From Candidatus Poribacteria bacterium (lineage in GTDB: Bacteria > Poribacteria > WGA-4E > WGA-3G): a stretch of DNA of 64,000 bases. Of this stretch, positions 18,892 through 29,012 are shown piece by piece; position 1 is the stretch's first letter; every line of letters starts with the position of its first letter. The DNA lies in assembly GCA_965197475.1 (NCBI GenBank), contig CBDANF010000003.1, forward strand, positions 2,752,001 to 2,816,000, read 5' to 3'. The notes below the pieces were generated by a model. The model did not search any database, was not told where the DNA came from, and saw only the letters and a program-made list of their open reading frames with translations. The translations under genes and the position numbers were made by a program.

Positions 18892-21800
18892 TTATCTGCT
18901 AACATCAAAACGGAGCACACCACGTCTGCCTGTCCCGACGTATAGCACGTTTCTGTCAACAGTGAGGGAAGTCACGTTCTCCGCTATCTCTGCGGCAACT
19001 TGTTTCCACTTACCACTATCACTATCCAGTCGATAAAAGCGATTTGTCATGGAAATACCGTAAAGGGTGGTGCCGCTAACAGCCAGTTTTTCTATAATCG
19101 GATGCTCTCCTACTTTATCAGTTATAGTGTGCCAATTTTTGCCATCATTCGACTTTATGACCCCTTCGCGCGTTACTACGTAAACCGTGGAACCGGCAAA
19201 GGCTATATCTCTAATGGGTTTGTAGATAGGTGATTTTAAGTTGACAAGTACTTGTGGGGTAACATCCCACCATGTATCTCCACCATCAATCGATTGAATA
19301 AGCTTCCCATTCCGTGTTCCGACATAGACAATATCACCTAAAACAGCGAGTTGAAGTTCCACAGATTTCTTACCGGCAGTTTCTTCCAAACCTGTGTCAT
19401 GCCATTCCTTTTCTCCAAGCTTCCATCGGAAAAGTTTATGGTTGTATTCCATGTAAAACGTGTCATCACTAACAGCAAACGTTCCTTGCAGCCCTCGTTG
19501 AAGAAGTTCTGATCCGGGAGCCATTGCTGCTTCTTTCATGAACTCGGACGAACCTACATTATTTTTTTGCAAATTTTCAATAAATGACTTGCTTGGTGGC
19601 CATTTTATAGAAGAGTCTCCTAAACCTTGTTGTAGTTTTTCTAATTCATCGTATAACGATTGAGAGTCGAAAGCGGGCATCCCTTCAATTGGGATGAGTG
19701 TATTGCCATCATCCGATATCCGATACATAAGAGTTTTACGACTTTTCTCATACGATTCGCCTTTAGCGTAGAGAACATCGCCTGATGTTTGTATTGTAAC
19801 AATACGTGGCACGGGAGTCTCTCTGTAAGGATCATCTTGATCGGATTTTGTAAATTGTGAAACTACGTCAACTGTTTTCCAAGATTTCCCACCATCCATA
19901 GAAGTGACCAAATCGCCTGCTGCGTATTTGCTTTCTGTAATAGCGTAGAGCACGGGTAACGCTTGTTTCTGTGTTTTATTCTTTCCCTGAAAAGCGAACA
20001 GTTTATCCACTCTACTCCTCAACCCCGTATTAAATCTGTGCCACGATTTACCACCATCAGTGGAACGGTGGATTCCTGTTGTTCCGCCTACATAGAAGGT
20101 CTTTCCGTTCAATGCGACAGCATGCATCACACTACTAAAAAAAGCATTCTTCCGAGAAATACCGGTATTTTCCTCGTACGTCCACGTTTTTCCGCTGTCA
20201 ATCGAACGCGCAACCGATACATCGTGGCTACCTATCACTAATATCGTGTCCTTTATAGCTACAAGTACGATTGAGGGTGGGGAACCGTGGAGGGACCAGG
20301 CGTTTGTGGGGGTTATGTCTGTCCATGAATTCCCCATGTCAGTGGATCGGAATATCCACCAAGTACGCCCCTTCCTCTGTGAAAACTGTCTTTTTGCTTT
20401 AGGGGGCACGACCGTAACATAGAGGTTGTTTTTAGTCGTCACTAACGATCGAATAGAACTTACTCCAACCGCCACTGGTAATTGTAAATGTATCCACTTG
20501 TCACCATCAAGGCGGTAGAGTCCTGGCACCTTTCCTGCGTCAACTCCTGCGAATAGCGTGTTTTTAATCGCAACCAGGTACCGTATGCTGTACTGTTCCC
20601 CTTCCCCAATACTAACTATACTCCATGACTTACCAGCGTCATCAGAGCGATATACCTCCGATCCCACACGAAGGTAAAACGTCTCATTTGTAAACACAAA
20701 ATCATAGCAATTGCCACCTTGTCTGACCGGTGATTCAACTAATTGCCACGTCTGTCCCTCATCCGTTGAAACTAAAAGTTCGTCCCCCGGTGTAAAGTAG
20801 AGCGTGTTGTTCCGTTTTGCTATATGTGCCGTACTTGAATATCCACCCCCTTTCATAGGGGTAAGGAGTTGCCAGGTCTCTCCATCAGGGGTTAATTTAC
20901 ATATACCCGCATCATCAAGAACAGCGTAGATTTCGCGTTCAGGGGTAGCAGATAAACTCCATACCGGACCGGATGCGCTCGGTTCATTTACTGATACCCA
21001 CTGCTGTTTGGAAGTTTCACTTTTTCCTTCATCATCTGCTTGTGCGGCAGCAAACAGTATAGCATCAGAGTTTTGCTTGGTAATGTTATTTCTATCGATT
21101 GCGTCGGAATTTTCTCCCAGTTGGTTTCGGACATCCGGCTTTTCTTCAAGGTCAAGAACAATAGGGGCATCAACAAGTTCAATCGTCATCTCAGTCTGTG
21201 CATCCAAACTATAGGGATCCTGAAAACGCGCTAAATATTGGCTACCTATGCCAAGCATCAACACAATTAAAACAACACTTGAAGCAGCAACTGCCCACGG
21301 CACCAAAGGTTTGCCACCAGAAGGTGTTGCAGTCTTAAGTCGTGTGACTTCTCGCATGATATTATCGGTTAAGTTAGGTGAAATTTGGAAATAGTCAAGT
21401 GCTTCTCTTATCATCGGTTCCTCCTTTTGTAAACGGTTCCGCGCACGCTGCAGCCGACTTTTTATCGTTCCCGCAGACACCCCTAAGAACTTGCTAATCT
21501 CTTCACATGTCATCTCACCGAGGTAGTGAAGCGTCATCACTGTGCGTTCGCTCTCTTTCAGTTTTGAGAGCAGTCTCTTGACCACTTCGCGTTGCGCTTC
21601 AACAGCAGTTTTAGCCCGTTCTTCTGCGACATGTCGGGAATAAGCATCTCTTAGTATCATCGTTGTTTCTGCGTCCTCCAACGGTTGTGTGCGTATCCGT
21701 TTTTTGCGGAGCCACGCGTAGCATCGGCGCGTCGCAATCACATACAGCCATCCAGAAAACTGATTCGGGTCTTTCAGGGTGTGAAGTCTCTGATACACTT

Positions 21801-21963
21801 TCAGGAAGGCATCCTGCGTTATCTCTTCAGCGATGTGGAAATCCCCAATTTTTCGCCAAGCCAGCGCGTGCACCGGCTTTTGATACTTTTTTACAAGTTC
21901 AGCGAAAGCGTTTTCATCGCCAGCAAGAACGCGTTGGATCAATTCAACATCGTCGTTTTTCAT
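18892..21963 (-). CDS. ECF sigma factor-TM-BNR/Asp-box beta-propeller fusion (copy B)
   Basis: Same architecture; STDEGQTW, SDDAGKSW, SIDSGKTW, STDGGKSW boxes. Confidence 0.9.
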   Translation of the reverse strand: MKNDDVELIQRVLAGDENAFAELVKKYQKPVHALAWRKIGDFHIAEEITQDAFLKVYQRLHTLKDPNQFSGWLYVIATRRCYAWLRKKRIRTQPLEDAETTMILRDAYSRHVAEERAKTAVEAQREVVKRLLSKLKESERTVMTLHYLGEMTCEEISKFLGVSAGTIKSRLQRARNRLQKEEPMIREALDYFQISPNLTDNIMREVTRLKTATPSGGKPLVPWAVAASSVVLIVLMLGIGSQYLARFQDPYSLDAQTEMTIELVDAPIVLDLEEKPDVRNQLGENSDAIDRNNITKQNSDAILFAAAQADDEGKSETSKQQWVSVNEPSASGPVWSLSATPEREIYAVLDDAGICKLTPDGETWQLLTPMKGGGYSSTAHIAKRNNTLYFTPGDELLVSTDEGQTWQLVESPVRQGGNCYDFVFTNETFYLRVGSEVYRSDDAGKSWSIVSIGEGEQYSIRYLVAIKNTLFAGVDAGKVPGLYRLDGDKWIHLQLPVAVGVSSIRSLVTTKNNLYVTVVPPKAKRQFSQRKGRTWWIFRSTDMGNSWTDITPTNAWSLHGSPPSIVLVAIKDTILVIGSHDVSVARSIDSGKTWTYEENTGISRKNAFFSSVMHAVALNGKTFYVGGTTGIHRSTDGGKSWHRFNTGLRSRVDKLFAFQGKNKTQKQALPVLYAITESKYAAGDLVTSMDGGKSWKTVDVVSQFTKSDQDDPYRETPVPRIVTIQTSGDVLYAKGESYEKSRKTLMYRISDDGNTLIPIEGMPAFDSQSLYDELEKLQQGLGDSSIKWPPSKSFIENLQKNNVGSSEFMKEAAMAPGSELLQRGLQGTFAVSDDTFYMEYNHKLFRWKLGEKEWHDTGLEETAGKKSVELQLAVLGDIVYVGTRNGKLIQSIDGGDTWWDVTPQVLVNLKSPIYKPIRDIAFAGSTVYVVTREGVIKSNDGKNWHTITDKVGEHPIIEKLAVSGTTLYGISMTNRFYRLDSDSGKWKQVAAEIAENVTSLTVDRNVLYVGTGRRGVLRFDVSR

Positions 21964-22012
21964 CAGGTGCCTCCAGAAAGGATAGGTTCAATATTTTATA
22001 CTGAAACCTTGT

Positions 22013-22040
22013 GACGCGACTTAGGAGGAAAACGGTTGCA
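22013..22040 (-). promoter_or_regulatory. Putative ECF promoter of copy B
   Basis: Identical to 18777-18804. Confidence 0.7.
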
Positions 22041-22276
22041 TAATTCTGCAAAAAGAGAAATTTTTGGAGGAAAAGGTGGTGAGAAGTAGGAAAGGGCGGC
22101 ATTTAGCACCGCCCTGACAAAATCTGCTAATTTTATAGTCAGCCTAAAATCGCATACAATACCTATAGTGCATAATTCTGCAAAAAGAGAAATTTTTGGA
22201 GGAAAAGGTGGTGAGAAGCCCTGACAAAATCTGCTAATTTTATAGTCAGCCTAAAATCGCATACAATACCTATAGT
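22038..22276. repeat. Tandem duplication (132 bp + 107 bp)
   Basis: 22038-22169 is repeated at 22170-22276 without the 25 bp covering most of the hairpin agggcgg...ccgccct. Confidence 0.85.
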
Positions 22277-22334
22277 AGACGCGCTTTGTAAGTGCGCTGT
22301 CAATAGTATTCAAGTAATTATAGGCTTTACTATA

Positions 22335-25300
22335 TTATTTTTCAAGATTAAAATGAAGCATGCCGTTGTTTTCTGTGCCTACGTATAACGTGTTTTCGTC
22401 AACAGCAAGAGAAGTTATACCTTCTGGTATTTCTGAAACAACCTGTTCCCAAGTGCCGTTTTTTAAGCGATAGATACCTGTCTTCTCGGTAACGCCATAA
22501 AGGGTGTTACCATCAACAGCTAAGCGTTCCATGATGAGATTTGTCCTCTCTGAATCGGTGACAGACCGCCAATGTTTTCCATTATCTGATGCAGCGACAC
22601 CCGCGTCCGTTGCCAAATACACCGTGGGACCCGCAAACACAATCTCTTTGAAAGTTTTAAATGGAAACGGCAGAGCAGATGTGAGATCAATCCAATTAGT
22701 TCCCTTATCAAATGATACGACGAGATGTCCATCCCGTTTTCCGACATAGACAGTGTTCCCTGAAGCGGCAAGTTTGAGGTCTCTCATCGCTATGTCCAAA
22801 GACAATTCAACGGTTTCTTCCTGTTCGGTGTCGTACCATTCAGTATCACCCAGTTCCCATCGGAAGAGCTTAAAGTTGTATTCCATATAGAACGTGTCAT
22901 CACTGACTGCAAACGGACCATTACGAAATCCTAATTGCATATAGGTATCTGATGGTAGCCGGGGATCCGATTTTGCCAACAGTTCAAAGAATTGGGTCGC
23001 CCCAACTGATTTCTCTTGCAACTGTTCAACGTACGCCTTATCTGACGAGTCGAAAAAAGGACCTCTTTTTTCAGATAATTGGTTTTTCAATGGACCCGAG
23101 TCAAAAAAAGGAATACCTTCAACCGGCACTAACGTATTACCATCTCCAGATACGTGATAAAGAAGCGTCTTTATTCTGCCATAGTTATCTCCAAAGTTAA
23201 TAAGAGAATCTCCACCTTTTGCATAGACAACACCACCAGACTTGACTATATGCGTAATGCTCGGCGGTTCTTCTTTGTGGGGTTCAGACATCGGAATTTC
23301 TACTTGAACGTCTTTCCAAGACTCGCCTTTATCGGTTGTTTTTACTATTGAAGTGCCAAGTCTCGCGTAGAGAGTCGGAAGCATGTTTTGTCCGTTATCA
23401 GAGTCTTTAAACGCTATTAGATTATCAATTCCACTCTCATCTGGTGTAATATTTATTATGTCCCACGATTTACCGCCATCAGTGGAGCGATGAAGTCCGT
23501 CGTCACTACCAACATAAATAGTATCCGTGTTCACTACCACAGCAGGACCTATACTATACATTTGAGGTGAGGTCCCTGGTAATTGTGCGGGTAACCATGT
23601 GATTCCACCATCGTTTGAACGCACCATCCCTCTCTCCATTAATAAGAGAGTTTCGCCGACAGCAATCAGTTTTGCATAAGGGATAAAACCATTTACTGCC
23701 CATGCGTTTATTGGGGTTATATCAAGCCAAGAATTCCCCAGGTTACTTGTGCCAAATACACCCCAACCACGCTCATGTCCTCGGGACACTTTTTCAGGAT
23801 TTTTCCAACCCCTACTGAGTTCTGCCAATACATACACCCGCTCTCGATTCGTCGCGACTGAATACACATCTTTGATAGATTCTGGGAATTCCATGCGTTT
23901 CCAACCGTCAGTGTCCATGCGATAGAATCCGTTGTCTGTTCCAGCAAAAAGCGTGTTTTTGACCTCAGCTAAGGAATTAATCCCTGTCAGTCCATCACTA
24001 ATCCTTTTCCAAGTTTTGCCTGTATCTTTGGAGCTAAAAACGCCGCTGTCAAAAGCCATATAAAATGCATGATCCGTTAGGATCAACTCAATCGGATTCT
24101 GATGCTTTTCCTGCCAAGAGTAAAGTAAATCCCATGTTTTGCCATCATCTGTTGAAGCAAAAAGATTACTTGATTGTGTATAATACAGCCTATTGTTCCA
24201 CTTCTTGAGAAGGATTCGGTCTCCTAAGCCAGAATGATTCAATGTTGAAATGTCAAAAACGTGCTGCCACGTGTCCCCGTTAGCAGGCAATTTGAAGATT
24301 TCCCCTATTGCAAAAGTATAGAGATCATCCTCAGGTGTAGAAAGAAGACTTTGTACAGAACTACCTACGAGGGGTGCAGACTGAATCCACTGCTGTTTAG
24401 GGACAGAAACGTCTTCTCCTTCCGCCTGCGCCGCAGCCGATAAAACCTCATCAGGTTTCTCTCCACGGTTATTGCTTTTACCAAGTGCATTTAAATTTCC
24501 AAACTCACGCCGAACATCCGGTTTTGTGTCAAAATTTAGCACAATAGGTGCATCAACAAGATCAACCGTCATCTCAGCCTTTGCATCCAAATTATAAGGT
24601 TTTTGGAAATGTGCTAAGTATTGGCCGCCTATGCCGAGCATCAACATAATCAAAACGGCACTTGATGCAGCAACCGCCCACGGCACCAAGGGTTTGCTGC
24701 CGGAAGGCACAGCAGGTTTAAGTCGTGCGATTTCTTTCATGATGTTATCGGGCAGGTTTGGTGAAATTTGGAAGTTGCTAATTGCCTCTCGGATCATCGG
24801 TTCCTCCTTTTTCAAACGATTCCGCGCACGCTGCAGCCGACTCTTAATCGTGTTTGCGGATACACCTAAAAATTCGCTCATCTTTTCACACGTCATCTCA
24901 CCGAAGTAGTGAAGTGTAATCACCGTGCGTTCACTCTCTGGCAATGTAGCAAGCAGTTTTTTGACGACTTGACGTTGTGTTTCAGCGATTGCCTTCGCTT
25001 CCTGCTCTGCGACATAACGGGAATATGCTTCTGGTTCTAACTCATCACTGTCTAATTCCTCAAGTGATTCGGTTTGTATCCGTTTTTTCCTGAGCCACGC
25101 ATGGCAGCAATGTGTAGCAATTACATAAAGCCACCCCGCAAATCGGTGTGGTTTTTTCAACGTAGCAAGGTTTTAATATGCTTTCAGAAAGGTGTCCTGC
25201 GTTATCTCTTCAGCAATATGGAAATCACCTATTTTCCGCCAGGCGAGCGCGTGAACCTGCTTCTGATACTTTCCAACTAAGGTTGAGAAAGCAGTATCAT

Positions 25301-25346
25301 CACCATCAAGGATGCGGTGAATCAATTCAACATCGTTGTTTTTCAT
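22335..25346 (-). pseudogene. ECF sigma factor-TM-BNR beta-propeller fusion (copy C) with a nonsense codon
   Basis: Start ATG at 25346 (MKNNDVELIHRILDGDD); codon 58 is TAA (25173-25175) where copy D has CAA; frame then open to 22335. Confidence 0.85.
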
Positions 25347-25438
25347 AAGTCACTTTCTGATAAGCACAATTTCTCAGTGTTATCTCCCAGTATCGGCGAA
25401 AAAGATAACATCACTAACATCGTCCCTGTACTTTAAAA

Positions 25439-25545
25439 GACGCGGGTTAGGTGCAAAACGGGTGCATAATGCCGAAAAAATATACTTAATCGGGATGATC
25501 CGATGCAATGGAGTACTATTTTACCAAATCAGAGCGGTTTGTCAA
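25439..25545 (-). promoter_or_regulatory. Putative ECF promoter plus sigma70-like promoter of copy C
   Basis: TGCACC-N18-CGTC (25439-25466); upstream TTGACA-N16-TAAAAT with extended -10 TG. Confidence 0.65.
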
Positions 25546-25643
25546 GATGTTTGGATTATTGAGGCTGGTTGCACAAGAAGTTGTGGGTAGAAGGTGTGTT
25601 GAATGAACAGAAAATGGAAGAAATTTTTGGTTAACTGTTTTAC

Positions 25644-28600
25644 CTATTTGGATGGAACGTCCCAAAGTAGGATAGTTCCTGCAAAGTGAGAATGCAAATT
25701 TGTACTTGCGAGGGTTTTGCCATCAGGTGAAAAAACTAATTGGGTAATTGGACTCGCATACGGTTTGTATGTGGTAAGTTTACGTCCTGTAGGTATATCC
25801 CATAAATGAATTATCCCGCCTACATCACCACTAGCGAGGATTGTACCATCGGTTGTGAACGCTAACTTGCAAACTGCGTCTGTGTGTCCTTTGATTCTTA
25901 AAATACGTTCTTGTGTCGTAACATTCCACAGATAAATTGTCTTGGCTTGACTTGCAGCCAGATGGATTCTTCCATTTTGTGCCAATGCTACAGCCTCAAC
26001 TTTCTGATCTATAGGTTTTCTACCAAAGAATGATTTTATTTTGTCTATCAAATTCGGTTTCTTCTTAGGCATCTTAAACTTTGCAAAGGTTTCACCAGAA
26101 TGTATATTTGACAAGTGGATATCCTGCCCTTCACCGATTGCCAGCGTTTCGCCATCAGGTGTGAATGCCAGTGTATAGTCAAACGCAACGCTTAAGTTTG
26201 GATTGCTTCCTTTGAGTGTACATAACTGATTGCCAGTTGGCAGATCCCACACCTCTATCGCGGTGTCTTTATTTGTGACAGCCAGTTTTTCACCACTTGG
26301 TGAAAACGTGGATACTTGAACGAGATGAGAACCTTTTTCAAAAGCTGTAGCATAGAAATGGTACATTTCCGTTGTGCGCGGAGATGCTACTTTGAAAATA
26401 TCAGGTGCTGATTTCACTGATCTGTTTCTGGATGCCGTTACGAAATTATATGTAGTGTTGTATTTTCCTGTGACAGCATCCCATGCCTTGATTTCACCAG
26501 AAGCAGTAGAAGCGGATAGAGTTGAATCGCCACTGGAAAAGGCGATACTAACGATGTCGTTTCTGAGGTCAAAACGTCCAAGTGGTGTATCCCTATTCAT
26601 AGTAGAAAGAGTGTTTCTTACAGCAGGATGCACAGGATTTTGCAATTGTAATTTTTCGGTGCCTGTATTTGTATCCCACAAGTGTATTTTGCTGCGTGTG
26701 TTGCTGGCAATGGTTTTTCCATCATGAGCGAACGCTAATGCAGAAAATTTGTATGTGTATTCTGTCGTAAATGTTCGTAGATGTTTACCTGTAGCTGCAG
26801 ACCACAAATTCACGGTACCGTATTGGTTCATGGTAACAATGGTTGACCCATCCGATGATAACACAAATTCCCAAATACCCTCCTCGTCTCTATTCTTGAT
26901 TGTAGTGATGTGGGAATGTGTTTCAGTATTCCACACCGAAATATCATTAAAATCTGCAACTGCAAGAATCTTTCCATCCTTTGAAAATGCAAGGACCTCT
27001 GGATTCCCCGAAAAATTTGGAATCCGAACAGGAAAAGTTGCTATTTGTTTGCTTGTATCAACGTCCCAGAGCTGTACACCTTTGCTATAAGCAATTGCAA
27101 GTCTTTTCCCATCTGGGGAGAAAACAAATTCTCTTATCTTTTGCTCAGTTCGCGGGAATATGGCTATCTCTTGGTCTGTGCTTCCATCCTTAACGCTGAT
27201 CGTGTAATCTTTATTTTCAAAGGCGAAGAGTGCACGGGCTCCGTTGGCAAAACCTTTTACCGGAACACCGGTACGCGCATCTTTAAGTGCATTAAATTTA
27301 GGAAGTTTTGTCGTGAAAGTATCTAACAGTTTCCCCGTGGTGCTGTTCCACATCCAGACTTTTGGAACATCCCATATCAATACTTTTCCTGTTAGAGTGT
27401 GCGATATCTTGTCAATCAATCCCTCACCTACGAGCGTTTTTCCATCGTCTAAAAATCTTAATGAGCGAATCCAATAATTAGGCACTTTAAATGTTGATAG
27501 AAGTCTCTGGCTTTCAACATCCCAAATTCGGCATGTGTTGTCACCACTAGTGCTTGCGATTCTCGTTCCATCGGGAGAAAATGCCACTAATCCTGTTAAA
27601 TCTGTATTTATTGTAAGGAGGGCGGTCTCTTTACCTGTGTTGACATTATAAAGCCAGATTCCTGTGGAACTTGCAATAGCCAAGCGGGTGCCATTCGGTG
27701 AAAGCTGCATATCGGTAAACATTCCTTTGCCGAGTCTTCGTTTTGCCCCTTCCGGTAATCCCCACAGAGTGTAGTCTCCTTGATCACCTACAACCTGATT
27801 CGATTCCTTGCCAGTGCCATCATCTCTGCCACCCGTATCAGAACGTTCCCCTGGTTGATTTCGCACATCCGGTTTTGCATCAACATCCTGAACAATAGGT
27901 GCATCAATGATGTCCACTGTCATCTCAGATTGTGCATCTAAACTATAAGGTCGCTGAAAACGCGCTAAGTATTGACTCCCTATGCCGAGCATCAACACAA
28001 TCAAAACGGCACTTGATGCCCCTATCACCCACGGGATCAAAGGTTTACTTCCAGCAGGTGCAGCAGGGTTAAGTCTCGCGATTTCTTTCATGATGTTATC
28101 GGTCAGGTTTGGTGAAATTTGGAAGTTGCTAATTGCTTCTCGGATCATCGGTTCCTCCTTTTTCAAACGGTTCCTCGCGCGGCGCAGCCGACTCTTAATC
28201 GTGTTTGCAGATACACCTAAAAACTCACTCATTTTTTCACACGTCATCTCACCGAAGTAGTGAAGTGTAATCACCGTGCGTTCACTCTCCGGCAATGTAG
28301 CAAGCAGTTTTTTGACGACTTGACGTTGTGTTTCAGCGATTGCTTTCGCTTCCTGCTCTGCGACATAACGGGAATATGCTTCTGGTTCTAACTCATCACT
28401 GTCTAATTCCTCAAGTGATTCGGTTTGTATCCGTTTTTTCCTGAGCCACGCATGGCAGCAATGTGTAGCAATTACATAAAGCCACCCCACAAATCGGTGT
28501 GGTTTTTTTAACGTAGCAAGGTTTTGATATGCTTTCAGAAAGGTGTCCTGCGTTATCTCTTCCGCTATATGAAAATCCCCAACTTTTCGCCAAGCCAGCG

Positions 28601-28697
28601 CGTGAACCGGCTTTTGATATTTTTTCACAAGTTCAGCGAAAGCGTTTTCATCGCCAGCGAGAACTTGTTGGATCAGTTCAACATCGTCGTTTTTCAT
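25644..28697 (-). CDS. ECF sigma factor-TM-WD40 beta-propeller fusion (copy D)
   Basis: Sigma2/sigma4, TM, DYTLWGLPEGAKRRLGKG, then many FSPDG..LA..WD repeats. Confidence 0.9.
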   Translation of the reverse strand: MKNDDVELIQQVLAGDENAFAELVKKYQKPVHALAWRKVGDFHIAEEITQDTFLKAYQNLATLKKPHRFVGWLYVIATHCCHAWLRKKRIQTESLEELDSDELEPEAYSRYVAEQEAKAIAETQRQVVKKLLATLPESERTVITLHYFGEMTCEKMSEFLGVSANTIKSRLRRARNRLKKEEPMIREAISNFQISPNLTDNIMKEIARLNPAAPAGSKPLIPWVIGASSAVLIVLMLGIGSQYLARFQRPYSLDAQSEMTVDIIDAPIVQDVDAKPDVRNQPGERSDTGGRDDGTGKESNQVVGDQGDYTLWGLPEGAKRRLGKGMFTDMQLSPNGTRLAIASSTGIWLYNVNTGKETALLTINTDLTGLVAFSPDGTRIASTSGDNTCRIWDVESQRLLSTFKVPNYWIRSLRFLDDGKTLVGEGLIDKISHTLTGKVLIWDVPKVWMWNSTTGKLLDTFTTKLPKFNALKDARTGVPVKGFANGARALFAFENKDYTISVKDGSTDQEIAIFPRTEQKIREFVFSPDGKRLAIAYSKGVQLWDVDTSKQIATFPVRIPNFSGNPEVLAFSKDGKILAVADFNDISVWNTETHSHITTIKNRDEEGIWEFVLSSDGSTIVTMNQYGTVNLWSAATGKHLRTFTTEYTYKFSALAFAHDGKTIASNTRSKIHLWDTNTGTEKLQLQNPVHPAVRNTLSTMNRDTPLGRFDLRNDIVSIAFSSGDSTLSASTASGEIKAWDAVTGKYNTTYNFVTASRNRSVKSAPDIFKVASPRTTEMYHFYATAFEKGSHLVQVSTFSPSGEKLAVTNKDTAIEVWDLPTGNQLCTLKGSNPNLSVAFDYTLAFTPDGETLAIGEGQDIHLSNIHSGETFAKFKMPKKKPNLIDKIKSFFGRKPIDQKVEAVALAQNGRIHLAASQAKTIYLWNVTTQERILRIKGHTDAVCKLAFTTDGTILASGDVGGIIHLWDIPTGRKLTTYKPYASPITQLVFSPDGKTLASTNLHSHFAGTILLWDVPSK

Positions 28698-28746
28698 CAG
28701 GTGCCTCCAGAAAGAGTAGGTTCAACTTTTCATATTGAAACCTTGT

Positions 28747-28848
28747 GACGCGACTTAGGAGGAAAACGGTTGCATAATTCTGCATGTTTTTAATAGGATG
28801 GTTTGATGTAGTGAATTCTATTGTATCAAATCAGGAAGGTTTGTCAAG
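28747..28848 (-). promoter_or_regulatory. Putative ECF promoter plus sigma70-like promoter of copy D
   Basis: TGCAAC-N18-CGTC (28747-28774); TTGACA-N16-TACAAT upstream. Confidence 0.65.
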
Positions 28849-29012
28849 GTGTGAGATTCATTTGGCAGGCAAGAAACCGTGGTGGGAAAGTATGTTGAAT
28901 GAAGGGAAATGGAAAGGTAATTCCGTGAACCTTGATTTTCGAATCATGGTTATGAGACGTAAGGAATTACCCGATTGAAATCGCAATAGGTTTGCAAGAC
29001 AGCTGCTTTCAC

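Noticed and set aside
3815-25346. Alternative genetic code to explain in-frame stops
   Set aside because: The internal stops are of different types (TGA, TAA, TAG) and intact genes in the window end normally on TAA, TAG or TGA.
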